Assembly: GCA_013152815.1 (NCBI GenBank) | Contig: JAADFO010000014.1 | Coordinates: forward strand, 1 to 41,105 | Direction of reading: 5' to 3' | Source: Nanobdellati archaeon | GTDB taxonomy: Archaea; Nanobdellota; Nanobdellia; Woesearchaeales; JAADFO01 | DNA: 41,105 bases | Shown here: in pieces, positions 28,832-38,831 of the stretch | How positions within the stretch are numbered: position 1 is the first letter of the stretch | Layout: the number at the start of each line of letters is the position of its first letter | Position numbers and translations under genes: made by a program | Notes under the pieces: model-generated | Told to the model about the DNA's origin: nothing | The model's input: the letters and a program-made list of their open reading frames with translations, nothing else | Databases searched by the model: none

Positions 28832-31146
28832 AACCCCTCCAGCGTCTGTTGCCGGATCCTGCCTGAAAGGTGCTCGAACGTCTCGCCATAGAACCCCAGG
28901 ATGGAGTCTGCTATGGGCTTGAGCTGCTTCTCGATGTAATGGTCATAGTCGATGGGACTCTTCAACGATTCCAGCGGTTCTGGCCCGTTGAGCGTCATGA
29001 CATATTCGATGATGGACGAAGTGACCTTCTTCATCTTCCTCGCTGCCTTCACATGGGGAGGGGTGGTCTTGGTGTATTCTGCGAGGCCCTTACGCAATGC
29101 TTTTCGATAGACAAGAAGATCGTCGTGCTTGCCAGAGCGAAGGTCCACTACAAATTTTCGGACATAGTCTGCCACCGGCTCATCGTGGAACACTTTCCCG
29201 AGGAGGTTGAGCTGGAACTCTTTTGCAAGAGCGGTCCAGTCCCGACGGACAAACTCAAGACCCACGAAGGACATCTCCTCTTTGCCGTCCTTGATGAGCA
29301 ATCCGGCATAGCGTTTCTTGGAACCCCTGTCAGAACCCCTTTGCTTGGGCATGAGGAATTTCCTGTAGATCTTCTCGAACTCCAGTTCCATGAAGCTTTC
29401 GCGGTGGTAGTGTTCGCTGATGTGCTTCCTGAAGAAGACATTTATCTCGTCCTGTATCCTGAGGCCGATGCGCTCGGCTTCCTTCGCGTCCTTGACATCG
29501 AGGCTGACGAAGATAGAGTCGGTGTCTCCATAGATGACGTCATAGCCCTGCTTCTCGATGCGTTCTGCTGTCATCTTGATGAAGTGCTGACCGAAATGGG
29601 TGATGCCGTTGGACATCTCAAGGGAGAAGAAACGGCAGTTGGGGCTCGCCAGGACACCGAAGAAGGAGTTCATGAGGATCTTGATGGCGTGGCTTGCCAG
29701 CTTGTCCTTCTCTTGCTTGGCTTTGTCCCGCTGTCTCCAGAGGTCCTGAAGGATGGAAGGGAGCAGCCCGTCATCGTTACGGAAGACTGCGCCGTTGGGC
29801 GCCCGGATATACTCCTTCTTGTCCAGGTGCTTCGGCGGATGGGGGACAAAGGAGAGGGGATCGATGTTGAACGTGCGCATGATGGAAGGGTACAGGCTCT
29901 TGAAATCAAGGACGATGACATGGTCGTAGATGCCTGGTTTGGATTCCCGCACAAAGCCGCCTTTGATGCGCTCTGCCTTCTCGGTGTAGACCGACGTGGG
30001 AGCGACATAGCCACGCTTTCGGAGAAGGGGAAGATAGATCCCGTCCAGGGAAGCGATGGAAGCCCTGACCCGGTCCAGCTGCATGCCGGTCAGGAGTGAA
30101 CGGAGGATGGACAGCTTCACGACACCGCTCTTCTCCAGGATGTCGATGACCAGGCGGGAGTCCTGGAGGTTATAGTCTGCCAGTTTCTGCTGGTCCTCGG
30201 CGAACATCCGCTCGATCTCCTTGTACCGTTCTGTTCCCTCGACAAGCTTCCTCTCTCCGAGAAAGACCTGGGCGGCGGTATTCAGCTTATAGTCCTGGAT
30301 GCGTATGAACGAATCCTTGAGCAGGGTGATGCCGTCCAGGACCATCCTTCCTGGTATGTCTGCAGAGCTTGCCCGGAAGAAGTCGTCGGTCAGCCGCAGC
30401 CGGTTGTCCCAGTCGATCCTTCCGAAGGAGAAGGGGAGATGATGTTTCTCATAGAGCGCTTTGAGTACCTTGAGATCGAAATCGATGACATTCCACCCGG
30501 TGATGATGTCGGGGTCATAGGCCAGCAGCTTTTGGGTGAAGGCACGGAGCAATGATTTCTCATCAGGATAGGAGGTGGTGTTCCTGAGCTTTTTGTCGCT
30601 GATCAACAGGACCTCGGCAAGCTGCCGGTCAGCTGAATAGAGCGAGATGGCATAGAGCTGTTTTCCTTTGCTGTCGGTCTCGATGTCGAAGGAAAGCGTC
30701 CTGAGCGTCGGCATGAACCGGGCGGGTTGCAGGTCTGGTTCGTCGAAGACCATATCCACGCGGTCGCCGGGTTCTCCGTTTCCCGATATCTCGATCCCGC
30801 CCTTGATGTCGTGGTCCAACAGGAAACGGTAGGCGAAACGTATATCTGCCTCGTAGGAAGGGATCCCCTCATCGGCAAACCGTTTCCGGAGCTCGGGAAC
30901 ATCCTTGGGGATGCTGAGGACAATCTTCACGACCTGCTGCCGGTCCAGGTTCTGCAGGGTGGTGGCTTCGGACGAGAAAGTACCTAAGGATTTGGCCTTC
31001 TCGAGGTCCTTCGCAGGGATGAAGAAGTAGGGCCTGAAGGATCTCTTCACGAGGAAGCTCTTGCCGTCCTCCAGGCGGCCGAAGAGATAGACCCGGGCTT
31101 CATTATTCTCGATCTTATAGGTGGGATAGACCACAAACCCTTTCAT
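28828..31146 (-). CDS. polB: family B DNA polymerase (DNA polymerase II-like)
   Basis: Exo motifs SFDIET, GWNVIDFD, YNLQD. Pol motifs DFKSLYPS, KILMNSFFG, YGDTDS, KKRYAG. PIP-like QQTLEGF C-terminus. Confidence 0.95.
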   Translation of the reverse strand: MKGFVVYPTYKIENNEARVYLFGRLEDGKSFLVKRSFRPYFFIPAKDLEKAKSLGTFSSEATTLQNLDRQQVVKIVLSIPKDVPELRKRFADEGIPSYEADIRFAYRFLLDHDIKGGIEISGNGEPGDRVDMVFDEPDLQPARFMPTLRTLSFDIETDSKGKQLYAISLYSADRQLAEVLLISDKKLRNTTSYPDEKSLLRAFTQKLLAYDPDIITGWNVIDFDLKVLKALYEKHHLPFSFGRIDWDNRLRLTDDFFRASSADIPGRMVLDGITLLKDSFIRIQDYKLNTAAQVFLGERKLVEGTERYKEIERMFAEDQQKLADYNLQDSRLVIDILEKSGVVKLSILRSLLTGMQLDRVRASIASLDGIYLPLLRKRGYVAPTSVYTEKAERIKGGFVRESKPGIYDHVIVLDFKSLYPSIMRTFNIDPLSFVPHPPKHLDKKEYIRAPNGAVFRNDDGLLPSILQDLWRQRDKAKQEKDKLASHAIKILMNSFFGVLASPNCRFFSLEMSNGITHFGQHFIKMTAERIEKQGYDVIYGDTDSIFVSLDVKDAKEAERIGLRIQDEINVFFRKHISEHYHRESFMELEFEKIYRKFLMPKQRGSDRGSKKRYAGLLIKDGKEEMSFVGLEFVRRDWTALAKEFQLNLLGKVFHDEPVADYVRKFVVDLRSGKHDDLLVYRKALRKGLAEYTKTTPPHVKAARKMKKVTSSIIEYVMTLNGPEPLESLKSPIDYDHYIEKQLKPIADSILGFYGETFEHLSGRIRQQTLEGF

Positions 31147-31159
31147 GGACAGCCGATAG

Positions 31160-31185
31160 TTGCACAATTTTTATATGTTGTGCAA
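31160..31185. promoter_or_regulatory. inverted repeat flanking a bidirectional TATA box
   Basis: TTGCACAA-TTTTTATATG-TTGTGCAA between the divergent polB and zinc-finger starts. Confidence 0.6.
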
Positions 31186-31199
31186 TGCTCCTGTTCCTG

Positions 31200-31415
31200 A
31201 TGAGACCAGAACAAGAGAGAACAGACAGCATACAGGTCTGCCCGAACTGTGGCTCGACAGAGCATCATGCAGAGGATAATCTCAGTGTCATCACCGGAAA
31301 GGAACCGGTCCATTGCTGCGAACACTGCGGGTTCAGGGGACGCATCTTCCCCTGGATAGCGGCCGATGAGCTGGAAGGGTTCAGGAAACATGCGCCCCAT
31401 CGGAAAGCAAGGTAG
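31200..31415 (+). CDS. small CPxCG-type zinc-ribbon protein
   Basis: CPNCGS...CEHCG. The start at 31200 fits leaderless spacing from the TATA box. Confidence 0.65.
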   Translation: MRPEQERTDSIQVCPNCGSTEHHAEDNLSVITGKEPVHCCEHCGFRGRIFPWIAADELEGFRKHAPHRKAR

Positions 31416-31417
31416 CA

Positions 31418-32446
31418 TCAGGAGCGTGAAGGATCCAAAGATGCCCAGTCAAACATATCGTCTCCGAGTATCTTTCTTACATCGTCCATATAATAATGGG
31501 CTGCATGTTTCCTCTTGGGCGAGGAAGAATGAAGATAAAGAAGCACCATGTCTACGACAACCAATGCAGGAGTTTCGGGATTATCGAAACGAGAATAATG
31601 GAGATGGCGTTTGAACCTGTTGATCCCCTGATAGATGTCTTTGCGGGTAGAGTGTCTGGAAAAGTTGAAAAGCGGTTCTGTCTGCGCAATGAGCTGAAGT
31701 CTATCGATTTCTGCGGTGATCGCAGGGAATCCCTCGAGGTCCTTCGGAAGGGACTGTTCCTTCCAGAGCCGATAAAGACGCTGTTTGGCAAGATTGAGAT
31801 AGGCTAAGCGCATATCATAGGCATTGGCAAGGAGATCAGCATCCATATAAAGCGGATCGACCAGAGGATGGTCAGGAGAGGATGTCCTTGGGAAGTGGAC
31901 CTTTGGAGGAAAAGACAGGAGCGCATCTGATGAGTGGGTAAGATTCGGCTGGAGAAGAGGTTTGCCTACGTCAGAGAAGTTTGTTTTCCGTCGGTTGATG
32001 ATCTCATCGAGGGATGAGAAAGAAACAGAATAGTGCTTATTCTGTAGAAAAGACGTTTCTGCATCCGACAAGAAGATGACATATTCATAAGGGACACGCC
32101 AGTAGGGAAGAGGAAGATTGAGGAGCCCGTGAAAGAGCGCTTCTGCCTGCTCATAGTATTTCTGGATCTCGGTGTGATCCGCAGGGGTTAAGGGGGCTGG
32201 ACGGACCAGGTCAAGGATGGCCTCCTGGATTCTTGAACCAGGGAAGAGAGTTGGATATGAAGCGATCTCCAGGCCGGAAAGGGTATTGAAAGGGGTCTGG
32301 AGCAGCTGGGTGCTGAGCTTTTCTGTCATGACCTCATCATGAAGATCGAGTTGCTCACTCTCCTTGTTTACGATGTCTTCGGGAAGCAGGCTGACCCTGA
32401 CCTGATCGGGTGGCTTGCCGAAGACAAGCTCACGCTTCGCTGTCAT
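31418..32446 (-). CDS. hypothetical protein
   Basis: Long ORF with no recognised motif. Start at ATG 32446, below TTTATAAA. Confidence 0.6.
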   Translation of the reverse strand: MTAKRELVFGKPPDQVRVSLLPEDIVNKESEQLDLHDEVMTEKLSTQLLQTPFNTLSGLEIASYPTLFPGSRIQEAILDLVRPAPLTPADHTEIQKYYEQAEALFHGLLNLPLPYWRVPYEYVIFLSDAETSFLQNKHYSVSFSSLDEIINRRKTNFSDVGKPLLQPNLTHSSDALLSFPPKVHFPRTSSPDHPLVDPLYMDADLLANAYDMRLAYLNLAKQRLYRLWKEQSLPKDLEGFPAITAEIDRLQLIAQTEPLFNFSRHSTRKDIYQGINRFKRHLHYSRFDNPETPALVVVDMVLLYLHSSSPKRKHAAHYYMDDVRKILGDDMFDWASLDPSRS

Positions 32447-32562
32447 CAGACAGATATAAACCGCTTCTGATTTATAAATGTTATTCGAATTAGCCACTCT
32501 TTAGTGATGTTTCTGCTCCGGACGAATAAAAGCAGAAGAGATGATTTCGGCTCCAGAATGGC

Positions 32563-33162
32563 CTAATTGCCATCCCGACCACTATGCAGGGCACTTCTGA
32601 GGAAGGGATTCTCTCTTTTCTCGATACCGAGCAGACGATGGGCGACCGGCCCATAATCGTGGCCTGGCCAGACGATGAGATTTTCAGCCAGGTTCTTGAT
32701 AATGGAAAGCGTTTCCTGCATCTTCGCTGGGTCGCTTCCGGGGAGGTCAGTCCTGCCGATGGCTCCGATGAAAAGGACATCTCCTGTGAAGAGGTTCTTT
32801 CCTGCTTTGATCAGCATCCCTCCTAGGTCATGGCCGGGGGCATGCAAGAACGTGATTGTCTCATTGCAGAAATCATAGGTTTCCTTGTCCTTGACCTTGA
32901 TGTCTGGTTTGGCATCTACTGCGAGCTCATGGGCCAGTATCTTGATCCCCTCTTGCTTCCAGGCATCATTCTCCTGGACGTGATCATAATGCGAATGGGT
33001 GGAGATGATGAGGACAGGAGTGAGTTCTTTCTCTGTCAGGAAGTCCTGCACCTTCCCTTTTTCCCATCCGGGATCTATGAGGATTGCCTCTTTGCTTGCC
33101 TCGCATGCAAGGACATAGCAAAAATTGTCCATGGGCCCGATCTTGAGCTGATATACCTGCAT
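32563..33162 (-). CDS. metallo-beta-lactamase fold hydrolase (glyoxalase II-like)
   Basis: NFCY, IDPG, THSHYDH, APGH, FTGDVLF, IGRTDLPG, WPGHDYG. Confidence 0.92.
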   Translation of the reverse strand: MQVYQLKIGPMDNFCYVLACEASKEAILIDPGWEKGKVQDFLTEKELTPVLIISTHSHYDHVQENDAWKQEGIKILAHELAVDAKPDIKVKDKETYDFCNETITFLHAPGHDLGGMLIKAGKNLFTGDVLFIGAIGRTDLPGSDPAKMQETLSIIKNLAENLIVWPGHDYGPVAHRLLGIEKRENPFLRSALHSGRDGN

Positions 33163-33236
33163 GGACAAGAGATAGCGAAAGGTATTTATAGGGTTTTTCC
33201 TGCAAAGACAGCATGTGCACGAAGAAAGACGAACAG

Positions 33237-33464
33237 ATGAAAGCAGGACTCCTGGGCCTGCTGGCGATCTATGTGCTGTTTCTCGGCCTGGTCTTCTGGG
33301 GGATCTTTGCTTTCAGCGAGGAATTCGTCGTTGGCTTCTCGATCACCACGGGCATCCTGGGCCTGGTGCTTGTTGTGCTTATCTTCAGCCGGAGAAAAGA
33401 CATCTCGTCCGATGAGGCCCTCGAAGACCTGAAGCGACGCCTGGAGAGACTCAGGAAGTATTGA
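33237..33464 (+). CDS. small 2-TM membrane protein
   Basis: MKAGLLGLLAIYVLFLGLVFWG..., two TM segments and a charged C-terminus. Confidence 0.65.
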   Translation: MKAGLLGLLAIYVLFLGLVFWGIFAFSEEFVVGFSITTGILGLVLVVLIFSRRKDISSDEALEDLKRRLERLRKY

Positions 33465-33557
33465 AGAAGCATTGAATGTAAGAGATGGGACAAACCCTCT
33501 TTTTTCTGTATGATTTCGCTCGTGAACCTTAAGTGTTCAGAGGGATGCACGAACAGC

Positions 33558-34793
33558 ATGAAACAAAAGATCATACTCGCCTATAGCGGGGGGCTCGACA
33601 CCTCAGTCATCCTGAAATGGTTAGTCAACAGAGGATTCGAGGTCATCGCCTATGTGGCAGACGTCGGTCAAGACGATGATTTCCCGAAAGTGAAAGAGAA
33701 GGCGCTGAAGACCGGCGCTTCAAAGGTGTATATCGAGGATCTCAAGAAGGAATTCATCACCGGCTATATCTTCCCGGCCATCAAGGCCAACGCCATCTAT
33801 GAAGGGAGATACCTTCTGGGAACCGCGCTTGCCCGCCCTCTGATCGCGAAGAGACAGATTGAGATAGCGAAGAAGGAGCATGCCGAATTCGTCGCACACG
33901 GAGCCACGGGCAAGGGGAACGATCAGGTCCGTTTCGAACTGTCCTACTACGCGCTCCAACCGGACATCAAAGTCTTCTCACCATGGAAGAATGCTGAATT
34001 TCTGGAACAGTTCAAAGGACGCGATGATATGCTCAGGTACGCGAAAGAACAGGGAATAGAAGTGACGGCAACGCTCAAGAAGCCCTACAGCGAAGATGAT
34101 AACCTGCTGCACATAAGCCATGAGGCAGGCATCCTGGAGGATCCTGCAGAAGCGCCGGCAGAATCGGTCTTTTCGAGGACGAGCTCGCCGGAATCTGCGC
34201 CCGACAAGGCAGAAGAGATAGCCGTCCTCTTCAAGGATGGGATCCCCGTCCAGGTCGAGAACTTCGACGCCAAAGTCATCAAGAAGGAACCCCTGGCATT
34301 GTTCAGCTATCTCAATGAGCTGGGAAGCAAGCACGGTATCGGACGTCTGGACATGGTAGAGAACCGTTTCGTCGGCATCAAGTCACGTGGCATCTATGAG
34401 ACGCCGGGCGGTCTTATCCTCCATGAAGCACATAAAGACATAGAAGGCATCGCAATGGACCGTGAGGTCATGCGCCTCCGTGACATGCTCTCCTCGAAGC
34501 TTGCGGAGATCATCTACAACGGCTTCTGGTTTTCGCCGGAGATGGACTTCCTCATGGCTGCCATCGACAAGAGCCAGGAAGTGATCGACGGTGTCGTCTA
34601 TCTCAAGCTCTACAAAGGCAATGTCATCATCACGGGCCGTGAATCCTCAAGCTCTCTCTACGATGAAGAACTATCGAGCATGAATGTCGAGGGAGGATAC
34701 AACCAGCAGGATGCAGAGGGATTCATCAAGATACAGGCAATACGTCTCATGGCGCATCATCAGATCATGGAACTCAGGGGCGGGAAAAGATGA
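33558..34793 (+). CDS. argG: argininosuccinate synthase
   Basis: [51 protein letters not shown]. Confidence 0.97.
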   Translation: MKQKIILAYSGGLDTSVILKWLVNRGFEVIAYVADVGQDDDFPKVKEKALKTGASKVYIEDLKKEFITGYIFPAIKANAIYEGRYLLGTALARPLIAKRQIEIAKKEHAEFVAHGATGKGNDQVRFELSYYALQPDIKVFSPWKNAEFLEQFKGRDDMLRYAKEQGIEVTATLKKPYSEDDNLLHISHEAGILEDPAEAPAESVFSRTSSPESAPDKAEEIAVLFKDGIPVQVENFDAKVIKKEPLALFSYLNELGSKHGIGRLDMVENRFVGIKSRGIYETPGGLILHEAHKDIEGIAMDREVMRLRDMLSSKLAEIIYNGFWFSPEMDFLMAAIDKSQEVIDGVVYLKLYKGNVIITGRESSSSLYDEELSSMNVEGGYNQQDAEGFIKIQAIRLMAHHQIMELRGGKR

Positions 34794-35971
34794 CCCTGTG
34801 GGATAAAGGCGCTGCGGTGCCCAAGGACATCATGGAATATACGGTCGGAAAGGACCATGAGCTCGATCTTGCTCTGGTTCCCTTCGACTGCGATGCCTCG
34901 ATCGCCCACGCCAAGATGCTCAGCAAGATAGGCGTCCTCACCGGAAAAGAGGCGGCCGAACTGACCGCCGCATTTCGGAGCATCAAGGAACTGCATGCAG
35001 CAGGCAACTTTTCTATTGCTCCGCAAGATGAGGACTGTCATACTGCTATCGAGAAACAGCTGACCGAAAAGCTTGGAGATACGGGCAAGAAGATCCATAC
35101 AGGCCGTTCGCGTAATGATCAGGTGGCGGTAGCATTACGTCTTTTCATGAAGGACCGGCTGCAGCAGATGAAGAAGAGCATCACACAGTTCCAGGAAATC
35201 CTTGGAAAGAGTATCGCAACGTTTGGAGGCATCATGTTTCCAGGATACACACATGCGCAGAAGGCCATGCCTGCACCTGTCAGCATGTGGCTCGGGTCAT
35301 TCAAGGACAGCATGGAGGACAACAAGCGATTCATAGATGGTGTGCTGAAGATCATAGACCAGAATCCTCTCGGTTCTGGCGCTGGTTTCGGCATCCCTGT
35401 CTTCAATCTTGACAAGGAACTGACCACGAAAGCGCTGGGTTTTGCAAAAGTGCAGGAGAATCCTCTGTATGTGCAGCTCGCTCGCGGCAAGTTCGAAAGC
35501 ATCGTCATGTCTGCGTTGTCTGCCATCGCATTCGACCTCAACAAGCTTGCATCAGACATCATCCTGTTCTCGATGCAGGAGTTCGGCTACGTCAAGCTGC
35601 CGGGCGAGATCTGTACAGGAAGCTCCATCATGCCGCAGAAGAAGAATCCTGACGTGCTTGAGATCCTGCGTGGCAGTTATCATGTCATCGTCGGGAACGA
35701 GATGAAGATAAAGGGGATCATGGGCAATCTGATGTCTGGCTACAGCCGGGACCTGCAGCTGACGAAAGGGCCGCTGATGGAGAGCTGCAAGATACTCTTG
35801 TCGTCATTGCAGATGGCAACATCAGTGATCGGTGGAATGGAGATCGACGAAGAACGTTGTGCAGCAGCCATGACGCCTGAACTGTACGCAACCGAAGAAG
35901 CATACAAACTCGTCAAAGAAGGGATGCCTTTCCGTGATGCGTATGCAGAGATCGGAAAGAAATATGGTTAG
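34790..35971 (+). CDS. argH: argininosuccinate lyase (short form)
   Basis: [48 protein letters not shown] overlap with argG. Confidence 0.95.
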   Translation: MTLWDKGAAVPKDIMEYTVGKDHELDLALVPFDCDASIAHAKMLSKIGVLTGKEAAELTAAFRSIKELHAAGNFSIAPQDEDCHTAIEKQLTEKLGDTGKKIHTGRSRNDQVAVALRLFMKDRLQQMKKSITQFQEILGKSIATFGGIMFPGYTHAQKAMPAPVSMWLGSFKDSMEDNKRFIDGVLKIIDQNPLGSGAGFGIPVFNLDKELTTKALGFAKVQENPLYVQLARGKFESIVMSALSAIAFDLNKLASDIILFSMQEFGYVKLPGEICTGSSIMPQKKNPDVLEILRGSYHVIVGNEMKIKGIMGNLMSGYSRDLQLTKGPLMESCKILLSSLQMATSVIGGMEIDEERCAAAMTPELYATEEAYKLVKEGMPFRDAYAEIGKKYG

Positions 35972-36600
35972 AAAGACATGAATTCCATGACTTTTGGGAC
36001 GTCTTCATCCTTGACGATGAGTATGGTGTCGGTCCAACAGCTCATGCATTCGATGATGTTGACATCATGGTCAGCGAAACGGGATGCGATATAGCCCAAC
36101 ACCCCCGGTATGTCCTCGATGCTCTCCTCGCTCTTGATGATGACGACGGTCGTCGCGGTCTTGATGCTGAGGATCCTGCCCTTGAAAAGTTTCCTCGCTT
36201 CACCAACATATGCACCCGAGAGGATGAGCGTGATGGATTTGGTGCCGTCGATGGAGAAGAAGACATCTTCCTGTCGCTTCACTTTCTTCTGGAGCGCTGT
36301 CAGATGGTCCTGGAAGACTGATTTCTCCAGGGTGAGGACCGCCACCTTGTTCTTGATCTCGAGATGGCTCGCCGAGAGCAGGGCGGTGATTGCATGTTCA
36401 CGTCTCTTCTGTCCCTTGATCTTCTGACCGTAACGGATGGCTGCCACCAGGATGGCCTCTTTGCTGGTCTTCTTGTGTTTTCCCAGGTCCTCTGCTATCT
36501 TCCGGGCCAATGCCGAATAGTTGATGACCCCGGCGAGGAGCGCGTCCTTGATGGACTTGTGCTGCTCAATGTAATGTTCGGTCTCTTCGGCGGTGCTCAT
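35968..36600 (-). CDS. HTH plus ACT domain protein (putative amino-acid-sensing regulator)
   Basis: GVINYSALARKI N-terminal helical domain and ACT-like DIPGVLGYI...NIIECMSCWTDT. Confidence 0.75.
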   Translation of the reverse strand: MSTAEETEHYIEQHKSIKDALLAGVINYSALARKIAEDLGKHKKTSKEAILVAAIRYGQKIKGQKRREHAITALLSASHLEIKNKVAVLTLEKSVFQDHLTALQKKVKRQEDVFFSIDGTKSITLILSGAYVGEARKLFKGRILSIKTATTVVIIKSEESIEDIPGVLGYIASRFADHDVNIIECMSCWTDTILIVKDEDVPKVMEFMSF

Positions 36601-36861
36601 GGCACGGGAAGAACCACACGAATATTTAAATCTTACGAGAATGTCTTGGATAGAACATTTTGTTTAATTTTAATTGATGGCACGCTGACTTGGCATTGCT
36701 GTATCAGGGAAGGGACCGACATCAGAGAAGGGAGAGCACTGACGATAGAGGACACATAAAGGACACATAAAGGAGAAAGAGTACACAATGCGCGACGTCG
36801 GAAAAGAGGACCAAATAGGACCAGAACAACATATATAAACCCAGAACAACCTATCAGAAGC

Positions 36862-37791
36862 ATGGTCGACCGAGAACGCATCCTCTCCATCATGCGCATG
36901 AAAGGGCCCATCCTCCCGAATGCCATCGCGAAGGAGATCGGCCTGGACATACTCATGTCCGGTGCTGTCCTTGCAGAGATGGCGTCCAACAAGCTGGTCA
37001 GGATCTCCAGCATCAAGATAGGGAGTTCTCCTTTGTATTATCTGCCGGGTCAGGAATCGCAGCTGATGCGCTTTGCCGAGAAGCTCAACGAAAAAGAGTT
37101 CCGGACCTATGAGCATCTGAAGGGACAGGGCGTGTTACGGGACAGTGCGGTAACGCCGCTGGAACGGGTTGCCCTGCGGGCCATCAAGGATTTTGCCGTT
37201 CCCCTCAACGTGACCACATCCAGCGGGTCAGAACGGTTCTGGAAGTTTTTCACGCTCAATAAGGAAGAAGCGACCGAGAAGATAAAGACTGTTCTTGGTG
37301 TGGGCCAGAAGAGCAGGCCGACAAAGACACCGCCAAGAAGGAAGGAACCGGCCAGAAGAGAGGATGCGAAGGAACAGAAGCGACCCCATCAGATACGCCG
37401 GCCGCCATCTTCCGCGAAGGCCTCGCCAGAAGGGCAACAGACCCTGCCGCCGGCTGAAGAGATGCTCGCCAGGATAAGAGGGGACGCTTTTCTGGAGCGG
37501 GTCTATGCGTTCTTCCGGCAGAACAACATCGAGATACGTGAACTCAGGATCAACAGGAAGAATGCCGACGCAGACATGGTCATCACCATGCCGAGCGCCG
37601 TCGGCAAGCTCATGTATACGTGCAAGGCAAAGAACAAGAAACATATCAATGACGGCGACCTTTCCTCGGCATTCGTCAACGCCTCCACGGCCAAGCTGCC
37701 ACTGCTGTTCCTCACCACCGGACAGCTGACCAAGAAAGCGCAGGAGATGCTCGGCAAGGAATTCAGGGGCATCTCCCTCAAGAGGATCTGA
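36862..37791 (+). CDS. hypothetical protein (wHTH N-terminus, nuclease-like C-terminal fold)
   Basis: KGPILPNAIAKEIG...GAVLAEM wHTH-like N-terminus, low-complexity linker, C-terminal CKAK...LLFLTTGQLTKKA. Ends 2 nt before fen1. Confidence 0.75.
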   Translation: MVDRERILSIMRMKGPILPNAIAKEIGLDILMSGAVLAEMASNKLVRISSIKIGSSPLYYLPGQESQLMRFAEKLNEKEFRTYEHLKGQGVLRDSAVTPLERVALRAIKDFAVPLNVTTSSGSERFWKFFTLNKEEATEKIKTVLGVGQKSRPTKTPPRRKEPARREDAKEQKRPHQIRRPPSSAKASPEGQQTLPPAEEMLARIRGDAFLERVYAFFRQNNIEIRELRINRKNADADMVITMPSAVGKLMYTCKAKNKKHINDGDLSSAFVNASTAKLPLLFLTTGQLTKKAQEMLGKEFRGISLKRI

Positions 37792-37793
37792 CC

Positions 37794-38831
37794 ATGGGGT
37801 TGGCCATCAAGGATCTGCTGGAACACCATGAAGTGTCCTACGACCAGCTGAAAGGAAAGATCCTCTGCATCGACGCCTACAATCTTCTGTATCAGTTCAT
37901 CACCACCATACGGGCGAGAGATGGGACGCTCCTGATGGATTCTCAGGGACAAGTAACATCCCACCTCATCGGGCTGTTCTCACGGCTCTCGAATTTCCTG
38001 CAGAAAGGTCTCAGGATGTGCTTTGTCTTCGACGGCGAGGTCCCTGAACTGAAATCCAGGGAGATCCAGCGACGAAAAAAGGTGAAGGCCGAAGCTGCCA
38101 GGCAGTACGAAGAAGCAAAGAAACAGGAAGACGTGGAAGGCATGAGAAAATATGCTGGCAGGACGTCCCGGCTCACGAAAGAGATGGTCGAGGAAGCCAT
38201 CGGTCTCATCGAAGCCTTCGGCATGCCCGTTGTCCGAGCACCTTCAGAGGGAGAGGCCCAGGCAGCGCACATGACAAGGAAAGGTGATGCCTACGCCACG
38301 GTATCGCAGGATTTCGACAGCCTCATGCAGGGAGCGCCGAGACTCATAAGGAACCTTTCCATCACCGGCAGGAGGAAACAGGCAGGCAGGTTGGCGTTCC
38401 AGACGGTGAAGCCCGAGGAGTTCCTGCTCAGGGAGAATCTGGAGCGACTGTCCATCGGTCCGGAACAGCTTATCGCGTTGGCCATGCTTGTGGGAACGGA
38501 TTATAATGTCGGCGGCATCAAAGGCATAGGACCGAAGAAAGCGTTGATCCTCGTCAGGAAGTACGATGAGTCCTCCTTCGGAAGCCTGTTCAAAGAAGCA
38601 GCATGGGACGAGCATTTCGATGTTCCCTGGAAAGAGGTCTATAATCTCATCAAGAACCTGCCGGTCACCGATGATTACAAGCTCCGATGGCATGCTCCGG
38701 ACGAGGGACGTATCAGGAAGATATTGGTGGAAGACCATGATTTCTCTGAGGAACGGGTCAATGCGACGCTGGCACGGCTGAAGGAGACCGGGAAGGCAAG
38801 GGCCCAGAAGGGGCTGGGGGAGTTCTTCTGA
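37794..38831 (+). CDS. fen: flap endonuclease 1
   Basis: IDAYNLLYQF, TSHLIG, FVFDG, APSEGEAQAA, SQDFD, VGTDYN, GIGPKKA, PIP box QKGLGEFF. Confidence 0.97.
   Translation: MGLAIKDLLEHHEVSYDQLKGKILCIDAYNLLYQFITTIRARDGTLLMDSQGQVTSHLIGLFSRLSNFLQKGLRMCFVFDGEVPELKSREIQRRKKVKAEAARQYEEAKKQEDVEGMRKYAGRTSRLTKEMVEEAIGLIEAFGMPVVRAPSEGEAQAAHMTRKGDAYATVSQDFDSLMQGAPRLIRNLSITGRRKQAGRLAFQTVKPEEFLLRENLERLSIGPEQLIALAMLVGTDYNVGGIKGIGPKKALILVRKYDESSFGSLFKEAAWDEHFDVPWKEVYNLIKNLPVTDDYKLRWHAPDEGRIRKILVEDHDFSEERVNATLARLKETGKARAQKGLGEFF

Noticed and set aside
28870..30099. 409-aa plus-strand ORF
   Set aside because: Antisense shadow of polB. Such shadows are common here because of codon bias.
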